A stretch of 64,000 bases of DNA from Escherichia phage JEP8: the sequence record MT764208.1; one strand, written 5' to 3'. Below the pieces are notes generated by a model that had not been told where the DNA came from, ran no database searches, and saw only the letters and a list, made by a program, of their open reading frames with translations. Below, in pieces: positions 14,882 to 23,229 of the stretch (positions within the stretch are counted from its first letter, which is position 1; each line of letters begins with the position of its first letter). Made by a program: the position numbers and the translations under genes.

Positions 14882-16038
14882 AGATATTTCCCGAATCGGT
14901 TGTAGTCATCGTCTGTTAAATCGGTATTAACCTGAGATACCAGATACATGATCTCTACTTCCTGCGCTGCATTCTGTACTTCGTCAGAGTTCAACCATTT
15001 ACGCATCCACGGTAACGGATGACGACGAACACTAAACGGGCTTTTCAGTCCGGCTGCACGCATACGGGAATCTGCCAGGTATTCTACATAGGTTTTCAGA
15101 ATTTCCGGTGACAGGTTAGGAATTGCCCCCATTGCGAATAGGTGGTCTACCCATTCTTTTTCTTGCTCGACAACATCCAGAAAGATTTTCGTTGCTTCGC
15201 CTTCAAGTTCTTCCGCAATCTGTTTCCACTCATCACCATCAACCCCCGTTTGCCATTGACGAATAATGTATTGTGTGCCTTTTAAGTGAAGTTGTTCATC
15301 ACGCGCAATAAATTTCATGATCTTCGCGTTACCTTCCAGTAAACCACGTTCGGCAAAGCTGAAAGTACATGCAAAGGACACATAAAAACGAATTGCTTCC
15401 AGTGCATTGACGCAGTGTGCACACAGATAAATCGAAGCCATCAGATCTCGTTTTGTATCTTCAAAAAATCTTCTTGCATCATCTAATGCTGTCTGGTCGT
15501 CTCGTTCTTCCCAATAGCGGAGATCTTCTTTTGCATTCTCATACTTACGAATCCAATAAAGAACGTCATCATAATATTTCCCGATAGATTCCGCTCGCTT
15601 CATGATAGCAGGGTTATCGATGATCTGGTCGAACTCACTAGCCGGATCAATGAAACAGTTACGCATAATGTGTGTATAGCTTCGGCTATGAATCGTTTCG
15701 CTGAATGTCCATGTTTGCAACCATGTATCGAGAGTTGGATCAGATACAATTGGACCAAATGCTGCGGACGGTGCGCGACCTTGAATAGAATCAAGTAATG
15801 TCTGATACTTCAAGTTTTCAGTAAAGAAACGCTTTTCAACGTCACCCATATTAAGATATTGAATGCGGTCGGTTGCAAGTGAAATTTCTTCGGGGCGCCA
15901 AAAAAATGACAATTGCTTTTCGATCAGTTCTTCAAATACTTGATGACGCTGAATATCATAGCGAGCGATACCCAACCCACTACCCAGAAACATTGGTTCG
16001 TTCATAATATCAACATGTTCGCGGTTAAATACGCTCAT
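14878..16038 (-). CDS. nrdB: ribonucleotide reductase class Ia small (beta) subunit
   Basis: diiron/tyrosyl-radical NrdB pattern; uninterrupted ORF, no intron. Confidence 0.92.
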   Translation of the reverse strand: MSVFNREHVDIMNEPMFLGSGLGIARYDIQRHQVFEELIEKQLSFFWRPEEISLATDRIQYLNMGDVEKRFFTENLKYQTLLDSIQGRAPSAAFGPIVSDPTLDTWLQTWTFSETIHSRSYTHIMRNCFIDPASEFDQIIDNPAIMKRAESIGKYYDDVLYWIRKYENAKEDLRYWEERDDQTALDDARRFFEDTKRDLMASIYLCAHCVNALEAIRFYVSFACTFSFAERGLLEGNAKIMKFIARDEQLHLKGTQYIIRQWQTGVDGDEWKQIAEELEGEATKIFLDVVEQEKEWVDHLFAMGAIPNLSPEILKTYVEYLADSRMRAAGLKSPFSVRRHPLPWMRKWLNSDEVQNAAQEVEIMYLVSQVNTDLTDDDYNRFGKYL

Positions 16039-16053
16039 TAATTCACCTCACTA

Positions 16054-16221
16054 TCACTTTTTAACACAAAAGAACTTAGTATTTCTGTTAACTTCGCTAT
16101 CCTGCTGCAATTCCTGCACAGCTTCAAAACAATTTTGATATGATGAAAACTCTACGCTGGTAACAGTTCCTTTATTATATACGCCTACGCTAACGGAAAG
16201 CAATAACCATATTGTAGCCAT
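16054..16221 (-). CDS. hypothetical 55-aa protein with hydrophobic N-terminus (MATIWLLLSVSVGVY...)
   Basis: hand-translated; paralog of adjacent ORF; TAATG coupling. Confidence 0.4.
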   Translation of the reverse strand: MATIWLLLSVSVGVYNKGTVTSVEFSSYQNCFEAVQELQQDSEVNRNTKFFCVKK

Positions 16222-16394
16222 TAGTTCACCTTTTGTTTTTCAACGCAATATAGATTCATAAAGCGTTTATTGTCTTCGCGGATAATCTCGCGAGCTTTAA
16301 CGAAATCCTGCTTTGTTGCAAATTCAATGCTTGACATATTTCCGTAATTATACATTGAATTGCTGATTGCAATCAATAACCATACAGTAGCCAT
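16221..16394 (-). CDS. hypothetical 57-aa protein with hydrophobic N-terminus (MATVWLLIAISNSMY...)
   Basis: hand-translated; tandem paralog of 16054..16221. Confidence 0.4.
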   Translation of the reverse strand: MATVWLLIAISNSMYNYGNMSSIEFATKQDFVKAREIIREDNKRFMNLYCVEKQKVN

Positions 16395-16438
16395 TATTCG
16401 ACAACCTCAAAGCATTTATCATCAGGAAGAATAGCCCA

Positions 16439-16561
16439 TTATATGCCGTATTCATCCTCAACGTAGTAGCAACTCCCATCATGTCGAGCATCATATACAT
16501 CACCGACAACAAAGCTATCAGCTAGCTCAAAATCTACAGCAACACATTTTAATTTGGTCAT
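16439..16561 (-). CDS. hypothetical 40-aa protein
   Basis: track ORF trimmed (upstream part is promoter cassette read-through). Confidence 0.3.
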   Translation of the reverse strand: MTKLKCVAVDFELADSFVVGDVYDARHDGSCYYVEDEYGI

Positions 16562-16592
16562 AATAAAATCCTCACTTGTTTTTGATGGTTGA

Positions 16593-16621
16593 ATTATAGC
16601 GGGGATTTCTCCCCGCGTCAA
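16593..16621 (-). promoter_or_regulatory. early promoter TTGACG-N17-TATAAT with palindromic spacer CGGGGAGAAATCCCCGC
   Basis: between nrdA and nrdB. Confidence 0.6.
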
Positions 16622-16629
16622 CACTTATT

Positions 16630-18873
16630 TTACAGCTTGCAAGATGAGCACTCGCTAGAGTCTTCCGTACCATCTGCACCGTCGCGAACGTTCGCATAAT
16701 ACAGGGTTTTCAGACCGTAATATTGAGCAAACAACATATCATCTAAAACATCAGCAATATCGACTTTACCAGTCTTATAAGTGCTTGGATCGTAGGATGT
16801 ATTGGAACTAATCGCCTGATCCACAAACTTCTGCATGATCGCTGCCAGTGTCAGATAAGGCTTGTTACCTTTCTTGATCAGTGTCCAAAGCAGGTCAATA
16901 ACATCAGCATTATTCTCTACGTTCGGAATGACCTGATTAAATTGCCCTTCTTTCGATCCTTTAACCGATACAATCCCGCGAGGCGGTTCAATACCGTTTG
17001 TGCTGTTAGATACCTGAGAAGACGACTCACACGGCATCAGCGCCGAAAGTGTACTGTTACGAATGCCATATTTTTTCAGGTCTTCGCGCAGTTCTTCCCA
17101 ATCCATCTCATACACAGGATCAACCAGTTCATCTACTGTCTTTTTGTACCAGTCGATAGGAAGTTCACCGCGACCATAGCGTGTTTCGTGCATCAGTTCG
17201 CAAGCACCCTTCTCTTTAGCCAGTTGCACACTAGCCTTAATCAGAGCATATTGCAAGCGTTCAAACGTTTTATGCGTAAACTCGTTAGCGTCTTCATATG
17301 TGAAGAAATTATCTGCTAGATATGATGCAAAGTTAGTCACACCAACACCCAGAGAGCGACGTTTTTTGGCTGTCAGAGCTTGTTCTACAGGATAATCCTG
17401 GTAATCTAACAGGTTGTCAAGTGCACGCACCATAACCATAGCGATCCGCTCTACTTCTTCCATATTTTCGATATCAAAGTTTCCTAAAACATATGCTGCC
17501 AAAGTACATAGGCTGATCTCTGAATCATCACGACCCATCGGTTTAGTAGGCAGAGCAATTTCACAACACAGGTTAGATTGTTTAATCGGTGCTACATTAC
17601 GAATAAACGCCCCGTGATTGTTCATGTTGTCTGTGAACGTTGGGTAGATTCGACCAGTGTTAAAACGTTCAATTGCCACCGCTAAAAACAGGTCTTCGGC
17701 TTTAACACGAGTTTTACGAACACTCGGATCTTTTTCCAGTTTTTCGTAAAGCTGACGGAAACCTTCCTCATCTCGGAAGTATAGATCCCACAACAAGCCA
17801 CCTGCAACATCTGGACTAAACAGAGTAATGTAATCCCGTTTAAGGAATCGCTCTACCATCAGGTTATTAATCTGTACGCCGTAATCAAGATGACGAATGC
17901 GGTTATCTTCCACCCCCTTATTGTTCTTTAACACAATCAGACTTTCAAACTCTAAATGCCACATTGGGTAATAGAGAGTCGCCGCCCCGCCACGAATACC
18001 GCCTTGTGAGCATGACTTAACAGCAGTCTGAAAATGTTTCCAGAATGGGATAACGCCAGTATGACGAACTTCACCATGCCCGATCTTAGATCCTTCCGCG
18101 CGAATCATGCCAGCGTTGATACCGATACCAGCACGCTTGCTAATATACTTGATGATTGCATTTGCTGTTTCGTTGATGCCCTGCAATGAGTCATCACTTT
18201 CAATCACAACACACGAACTAAATTGGCGTGTTGGTGTACGCACACCTGCCATAATCGGAGTAGGCAGAGAGATTTGCTTATTCGCAACAGCATTATAAAA
18301 ATCAATCACATGTTCAAGTCGATTTTCTGTCTCTTCTTGATGCAAGCACATACCGATCAGCATATACGCAAATTGCGGTGTTTCGATGATTTTCTTAGTG
18401 CTGCGATCCTGAACAAGATATTTCTCTTTTAACTGCATAGCACCAGCATAGGTCATTTTAAAATCAAGTTTATGGTCGATGAATTTCTCCAGATATTCCA
18501 CTTCTTCACGGGAATACTTTTGTAGAATTTCACGATCATATTTTCCGGTTGCAATATTACGCTCAATATGGCTGTAAAAATCAATCGGTTGGAATTGACC
18601 GTATACTGATTTGCGAAGCGCGAACATTGCAAGGTTACTTGCTACATATTGATAATCTGGTGTTTCTACAGTAATGTTATCTGCGGCGACCTTAATCAAT
18701 ACTTTCTGGATATCATTGGTAGACATACCTTCTGTCAGAAGTGGTTCAACCATATCAAACAATTCATATGGATCAACGTTATGACCTTCGGCTGCCGCTT
18801 CCAGAATTTTCATTACTTTTTCTTTTTCAAACGGAACAGTCAGACCGGAAGACTTAACAACATTTTTAATCAT
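16630..18873 (-). CDS. nrdA: ribonucleotide reductase class Ia large (alpha) subunit
   Basis: 747 aa with N-terminal ATP-cone and C-terminal cysteines; similar to T4/E. coli NrdA. Confidence 0.93.
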   Translation of the reverse strand: MIKNVVKSSGLTVPFEKEKVMKILEAAAEGHNVDPYELFDMVEPLLTEGMSTNDIQKVLIKVAADNITVETPDYQYVASNLAMFALRKSVYGQFQPIDFYSHIERNIATGKYDREILQKYSREEVEYLEKFIDHKLDFKMTYAGAMQLKEKYLVQDRSTKKIIETPQFAYMLIGMCLHQEETENRLEHVIDFYNAVANKQISLPTPIMAGVRTPTRQFSSCVVIESDDSLQGINETANAIIKYISKRAGIGINAGMIRAEGSKIGHGEVRHTGVIPFWKHFQTAVKSCSQGGIRGGAATLYYPMWHLEFESLIVLKNNKGVEDNRIRHLDYGVQINNLMVERFLKRDYITLFSPDVAGGLLWDLYFRDEEGFRQLYEKLEKDPSVRKTRVKAEDLFLAVAIERFNTGRIYPTFTDNMNNHGAFIRNVAPIKQSNLCCEIALPTKPMGRDDSEISLCTLAAYVLGNFDIENMEEVERIAMVMVRALDNLLDYQDYPVEQALTAKKRRSLGVGVTNFASYLADNFFTYEDANEFTHKTFERLQYALIKASVQLAKEKGACELMHETRYGRGELPIDWYKKTVDELVDPVYEMDWEELREDLKKYGIRNSTLSALMPCESSSQVSNSTNGIEPPRGIVSVKGSKEGQFNQVIPNVENNADVIDLLWTLIKKGNKPYLTLAAIMQKFVDQAISSNTSYDPSTYKTGKVDIADVLDDMLFAQYYGLKTLYYANVRDGADGTEDSSECSSCKL

Positions 18874-18920
18874 ATTACCTCACTTCATATTTTAGCAGGA
18901 ACAAGTTTATCCTCCATATT

Positions 18921-18936
18921 GGGGGCTTTCGCCCCC
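18921..18936 (-). promoter_or_regulatory. RNA stem-loop GGGGGCGAAAGCCCCC immediately after td stop
   Basis: 6-bp GC stem with GAAA tetraloop 7 nt after the td stop, upstream of nrdA RBS. Confidence 0.55.
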
Positions 18937-18942
18937 TTTTGT

Positions 18943-20175
18943 TTATACTGCCATTTGAGCGGTGATCGCTGGATGGCTTTGATAGTTGTGAATTTTAAAG
19001 TCTTTCGGAGTCTTTGTCAATACCTCATCTAAAGATTTAAATTCCGGCAACTCGATTGTTGGTTTATCAAACGGAACACGGCTTAACTGTTCCATAACTT
19101 GATCAAAATGGTTTTTGTAAATGTGAGTATCTCCACCAGAGAAAATCAGTTCTCCTACCTCAAGGTCACACATTTTAGCTATGATGTGAGTTAACAGCGC
19201 ATAGCTGGCGACGTTAAAGGGCAAGCCCAAAAAGCTGTCTACGCTTCGCTGAAACCACATACAAGACAGTTTACCCTCATTGACATAGAATTGCACGAAC
19301 GGATGACATACACCTAATACAGCATTATGTGTTCCTTGTACGTTCCATGAGTCAATGATGATACGTCGATCCGTTGGATTGTTTTTAATTTGTTCAATCA
19401 CGTTTTGTAACTGGTCTTCCCAAATCTTCGGGCGATAGACATATTCTTCATCGTCTTTAGTGCTCGATGTGTCTACGTCCATACTAGCAAAGATCGTGGT
19501 ATCGGGTGCTAAAATATCCCCACCCAGATAATCACTATCAAGCAGATAACCGAAATAACCATCATCTACCCATTCCTGGAATCCCCACAAGCAATATGCA
19601 TCATTAACAAAATTAGATTGAGTCTTCCAGTGATCTGCTACTAAGAATTGATTATATTCAGAATCAAACTCTTCATAACGCATACCACGCCAGATAGCAC
19701 ATAAACGGTCTTCTGTGTCGTTGGTTGGCGTAAAGTCTTCTACCCACGGGTGTTTAAATGTATGTGTATATTTGCTCTTAACGCGCTTAATTTTGATTTC
19801 ACCGTGTGGATGAATCGGTTTGCGTCGCCATGCCATACCATACATATTGCCAACATTATAGCCGTTGAATCGTAGCGGATTCTTTTCTTTCATATCAAGA
19901 CAGTTGCCGCGCCAAATGTCGAAGGCTTCTTCGTCAAACTGACCGCGTGTAATTTCCTGTAATCGACGGCGGTCAAGTGATCCCTCCATAAACCATAGCA
20001 ACTCGCCAATTACAGAGGCTGTAGCCATCTTTTTAGTGGTCAGTAATGGGAAACCCTTGCTTAAATCAATTCGCATCTCTGCGCCGAATTTAGAGAGCGT
20101 ACCTACCCCCGTGCGGTCTTCACGAGGCCAGCCATTATCAAGAACATCACGCAATAGTTTCAAATATTCTTTCAT
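18943..20175 (-). CDS. td: thymidylate synthase with ~110-aa internal insertion
   Basis: N-terminal (DRTGTGT, TTKK), catalytic (CH.F.QF), and C-terminal (LGLPFNIASYALL, HPAITAQMAV) TS blocks present; 410 aa versus ~286 for T4 Td. Confidence 0.88.
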   Translation of the reverse strand: MKEYLKLLRDVLDNGWPREDRTGVGTLSKFGAEMRIDLSKGFPLLTTKKMATASVIGELLWFMEGSLDRRRLQEITRGQFDEEAFDIWRGNCLDMKEKNPLRFNGYNVGNMYGMAWRRKPIHPHGEIKIKRVKSKYTHTFKHPWVEDFTPTNDTEDRLCAIWRGMRYEEFDSEYNQFLVADHWKTQSNFVNDAYCLWGFQEWVDDGYFGYLLDSDYLGGDILAPDTTIFASMDVDTSSTKDDEEYVYRPKIWEDQLQNVIEQIKNNPTDRRIIIDSWNVQGTHNAVLGVCHPFVQFYVNEGKLSCMWFQRSVDSFLGLPFNVASYALLTHIIAKMCDLEVGELIFSGGDTHIYKNHFDQVMEQLSRVPFDKPTIELPEFKSLDEVLTKTPKDFKIHNYQSHPAITAQMAV

Positions 20176-20416
20176 CCCACATCACCTTTTTCTTATTGAT
20201 TGCTTTCTTACGCAGTTTTGCTACTGTCTCGTCAATATTGATAAAGACAACGCCCGGATCGAATACAGTAACAGGTCTTGAAATGTCGCTATTTTCCTGT
20301 ACTGGAAGCCATGACGCTTGAGCTTCATCATAGAGATATTGTAAGCCGTAATAATCTACGGCTACTGCGTAGTTTTCACTGGTAGCCGTCCATAATTGAA
20401 TAATACTGATTTTCAT
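20147..20416 (-). CDS. hypothetical protein (89 aa after trimming)
   Basis: trimmed to ATG 20416, coupled (TAATG) to the upstream micro-ORF. Confidence 0.4.
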   Translation of the reverse strand: MKISIIQLWTATSENYAVAVDYYGLQYLYDEAQASWLPVQENSDISRPVTVFDPGVVFINIDETVAKLRKKAINKKKVMWDERIFETIA

Positions 20417-20508
20417 TATTGTTCCCGTCCACAATGTAAACACCGACTACCAGCAAACATCAAAGATTCACCACAATGTTTGCACTCATAATCTGTCAGA
20501 ATTTTCAT
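20416..20508 (-). CDS. 30-aa zinc-ribbon micro-protein (MKILTDYECKHCGESLMFAGSRCLHCGREQ)
   Basis: hand-translated; two C-x2-C pairs; directly after frd stop. Confidence 0.35.
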   Translation of the reverse strand: MKILTDYECKHCGESLMFAGSRCLHCGREQ

Positions 20509-20509
20509 G

Positions 20510-21091
20510 TTACGCCTTCTTACGTTCTAAAATTTGTTCGCTGACCAGGTAATCATCAAGGAAGTAATTATGTTCTTCTTTTGTTGCAAAGTTAAAATAT
20601 AATTCCTGAATCATTTCCTTAGAGATTCCAACATCATGTTCAAATGGATCGTTGATCCCTGAACGTTGAACATACGTTAACACAATACGGTCCGCAAAGT
20701 CAACCGCTTTTTCAATCAGGGAAGGTCCACCGATAACACTTACCAAACCTTGCAATTTCTCTATGACTTCTAATAATTCCTTCAATCCACCATCATTAGT
20801 AATCGCGGTATACACATCAGGTTGTTCGCCGTTTTTTGCTTTCGGTGCTGGCTTACTGGTATCGGTACTAACAACCACATTCACACGACCTTCCAGTGCT
20901 TTAGGGAGACTTTCAAAGGTATTACGTCCCATTACAACCGCCGCAAGATCAACATCTCCCATAGTGCGCATTTTAAAGTTTTCCATGTCCTTTTTGATTG
21001 GACGACCCCACGGTAAACCGCCTTTAAAACCAAACGCCCAATTTTCATCTGACATTTTAGTGTCACCAATCGCAAATACACATTGAATCAT
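20510..21091 (-). CDS. frd: dihydrofolate reductase
   Basis: 193 aa; DHFR pattern (GLPW, GR.T..S, VIGG); adjacent to td as in T4. Confidence 0.85.
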   Translation of the reverse strand: MIQCVFAIGDTKMSDENWAFGFKGGLPWGRPIKKDMENFKMRTMGDVDLAAVVMGRNTFESLPKALEGRVNVVVSTDTSKPAPKAKNGEQPDVYTAITNDGGLKELLEVIEKLQGLVSVIGGPSLIEKAVDFADRIVLTYVQRSGINDPFEHDVGISKEMIQELYFNFATKEEHNYFLDDYLVSEQILERKKA

Positions 21092-21106
21092 AATATAAAT
21101 CTCCCA

Positions 21107-21436
21107 TCAAATCAGTTTGAAATAGTTTTCGTTTACATTTTCTTCTGTGATTGCTGTCTTAAATTCTTGACCGTTATCCGGTGTGATGAAATAACGGTCA
21201 GAATAATCACGAAAACGTTTTAAGTGAGATACCCCAACATTAACACCATTTTCCCAAAAACGAAAGGTAATCATTTTTGGTTCATATCGATAGTCGCTGG
21301 TTAACACAGTACCATCCCCGCGACGGGCTTCATAAACCGTAATACATTCACGATTGGCGGCTTTTAGGCATTCTTCAATAGTGCCGCACGAGATAATACT
21401 TACTTTTTCATCTACGATTTGTTCTACAGTCCACAT
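21107..21436 (-). CDS. hypothetical protein (109 aa after trimming)
   Basis: start trimmed to ATG 21436 downstream of promoter 21468-21495. Confidence 0.5.
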   Translation of the reverse strand: MWTVEQIVDEKVSIISCGTIEECLKAANRECITVYEARRGDGTVLTSDYRYEPKMITFRFWENGVNVGVSHLKRFRDYSDRYFITPDNGQEFKTAITEENVNENYFKLI

Positions 21437-21467
21437 AATATAATCCTCTCTTTGTTTCGATATGTGC

Positions 21468-21495
21468 ATTATACACTATTGCGTTACGCTGTCAA
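21468..21495 (-). promoter_or_regulatory. early promoter TTGACA-N16-TATAAT
   Basis: drives 21107..21436. Confidence 0.55.
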
Positions 21496-23112
21496 CTCTT
21501 TTTCAAAAGTTTTTACGATATACATGATAGTGCTCAATTCAGACGGCGCTACTGTTTCTGTGTAGCCATCCGGCATATCTTCTTTTGAGATATAGGAAGT
21601 TTTACCTTTCATCGCTTCCTTGATCTTGTTCTCTAAGTCTAAGATCTTTTGACCGTCTTGTAAAGTCAATTCATAAAAGATCTCGTGGTTGAATTTGGAA
21701 AGTCGAGATTGACCTCCAATTCGTTCTTTTGTTGTTCTATTGGTTATTCCAAATTTAACGCCAACGAATATTTTTTCTTTTATTAGTTTTTGAATATACA
21801 ATACTCCTTTTTTTAAGGTATTATATCCATATTGTGCGCATTTAGGACAACGAGTTCCTTTCTGAAAGTTTGTTATTGTCGGTGTAAATTCATGGCCTTC
21901 ACTACACACCAAATTTAACTTTGTAGACACACCGTTCCATTCTCCAATAAATCCATTAAATATGATATTTTCTTTTTCGAAAATTGGTTTAAGTCTTTCA
22001 AGATATTCTTCTTTTGATAATGCATAATTATTTGCACATTTAGGACAACGAGTTCCATTCTGAAAACTGGATATGATAGGAGTGAAATTGTGGCCTTCAC
22101 AACACACCAAATCCAATTTTGTTACGTTACCTTTCCACTCACCAACGATTCCATTACAGGTTATATTTTCTTTAATAAATATCGGTGCTAATTTTTCGAA
22201 ATATTCTTCCTTTGGAATCAATTTACGTTCTCTTAATTTAAGAGCTTTACATTTCGGACAGCGGCGACCTTGTTGAAAAACTGCTATGCTCGGGGTGTAA
22301 TTGTGTTTTTCATTACACACCAAATTCAGCCTAGTTCTGCTACCTTTCCACTCACCAACGATTCCATTACAGGTTATATTTTCTTCAACGAAGATTGGTT
22401 TTAATCTTTTAAAATATTCTTCTTTTGATATTTTTCTACTGTTTCTCCAGTTGATAATACCGCAGGTCGAACACCTATTACCGGATTGAAAACCGTTTAC
22501 AGTCGGTGTAAATTTATGGCCTTCACTACACAATAAATTCATTTTTGTTGTGCTTCCGTTCCATTCTCCAATAAATCCATTAAATACGATATTTTCTTTT
22601 TCGAAAATTGGTTTAAGTCTTTCAAGATATTCTTCTTTTGATAGTAATTTCAATTCTCTTAATTTAAGAGCTTTACATTTAGGACAACGACTTCCGACCT
22701 GAAATGCTGTTATCGTCGGAGTAAATTCATGATCCTCACAACATGTTAAGTTTAGTTTTGTGTGCACGCCTTTCCATTCTCCGACGAATCCATTAAACTT
22801 TATATTTTCCTCAATAAAGATTGGTTTAAGTTTTTTATAATATTCTTCTTTTGATAGGGCATAATTATTTGCGCATCTAGAGCATCGTTTACCTTTTTGA
22901 AAATCTGATATTCTTGGTGTAAATTCATGTCCTTCACAACACACCAAACCCAATTTTGTTACGTTACCTTTCCACTCACCAACAAATCCATTAAATACGA
23001 TATTTTCTTTTTCGAAAATTGGTTTAAGTCTTTCGTAATATTCCAATGGGCTAATCGAGTTATAATTTTTCTTAACCCATTCAATCTCATGCGCCTTACG
23101 TACCAACATCAT
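21484..23112 (-). CDS. six-repeat Cys/His-rich protein with C-terminal T5orf172/GIY-YIG-like domain
   Basis: six ~70-aa tandem units (EEY.E.LKPIF..ENI.FNG..GEW.G...KLNL.C.EGH.FTP.I..FQ.G.RC..C) then GVLYIQKL...VGVKFGITNRTTKERI; start trimmed to ATG 23112. Confidence 0.6.
   Translation of the reverse strand: MMLVRKAHEIEWVKKNYNSISPLEYYERLKPIFEKENIVFNGFVGEWKGNVTKLGLVCCEGHEFTPRISDFQKGKRCSRCANNYALSKEEYYKKLKPIFIEENIKFNGFVGEWKGVHTKLNLTCCEDHEFTPTITAFQVGSRCPKCKALKLRELKLLSKEEYLERLKPIFEKENIVFNGFIGEWNGSTTKMNLLCSEGHKFTPTVNGFQSGNRCSTCGIINWRNSRKISKEEYFKRLKPIFVEENITCNGIVGEWKGSRTRLNLVCNEKHNYTPSIAVFQQGRRCPKCKALKLRERKLIPKEEYFEKLAPIFIKENITCNGIVGEWKGNVTKLDLVCCEGHNFTPIISSFQNGTRCPKCANNYALSKEEYLERLKPIFEKENIIFNGFIGEWNGVSTKLNLVCSEGHEFTPTITNFQKGTRCPKCAQYGYNTLKKGVLYIQKLIKEKIFVGVKFGITNRTTKERIGGQSRLSKFNHEIFYELTLQDGQKILDLENKIKEAMKGKTSYISKEDMPDGYTETVAPSELSTIMYIVKTFEKELTA
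21800..23055 (-). repeat. six tandem ~210-bp coding repeats inside the 542-aa gene
   Basis: repeat units evident in protein and DNA (recurring tttccactcaccaacgattccattacaggttatattttc-type segments). Confidence 0.7.
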
Positions 23113-23139
23113 TTTATCCTCCGTTGTTTCGATGTGTGC

Positions 23140-23167
23140 ATTATACATTACATCATCAGCATGTCAA
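23140..23167 (-). promoter_or_regulatory. early promoter TTGACA-N16-TATAAT
   Basis: drives the 542-aa repeat-protein gene. Confidence 0.55.
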
Positions 23168-23191
23168 CACCTTTTTCATAAAATTTTAGGC

Positions 23192-23220
23192 AATAAAAAA
23201 GCCTCCCCGAAGGGAGGCTT
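23192..23220 (-). terminator. intrinsic terminator after gene 32
   Basis: hairpin AGCCTCCC-TTCG-GGGAGGCT followed by T6ATT. Confidence 0.7.
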
Positions 23221-23229
23221 TAAAATTCA

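Noticed and set aside
14878-16038. Group I intron / homing endonuclease inside nrdB as in T4
   Set aside because: nrdB is an uninterrupted 386-aa ORF with full-length similarity to NrdB; no intron
18943-20175. Intron or intein in td
   Set aside because: The ORF is continuous in one frame, so it is not a group I intron as in T4 td. The insert does not begin with Cys/Ser/Thr or end with His-Asn plus nucleophile, so it is not an intein. Interpreted as a domain insertion
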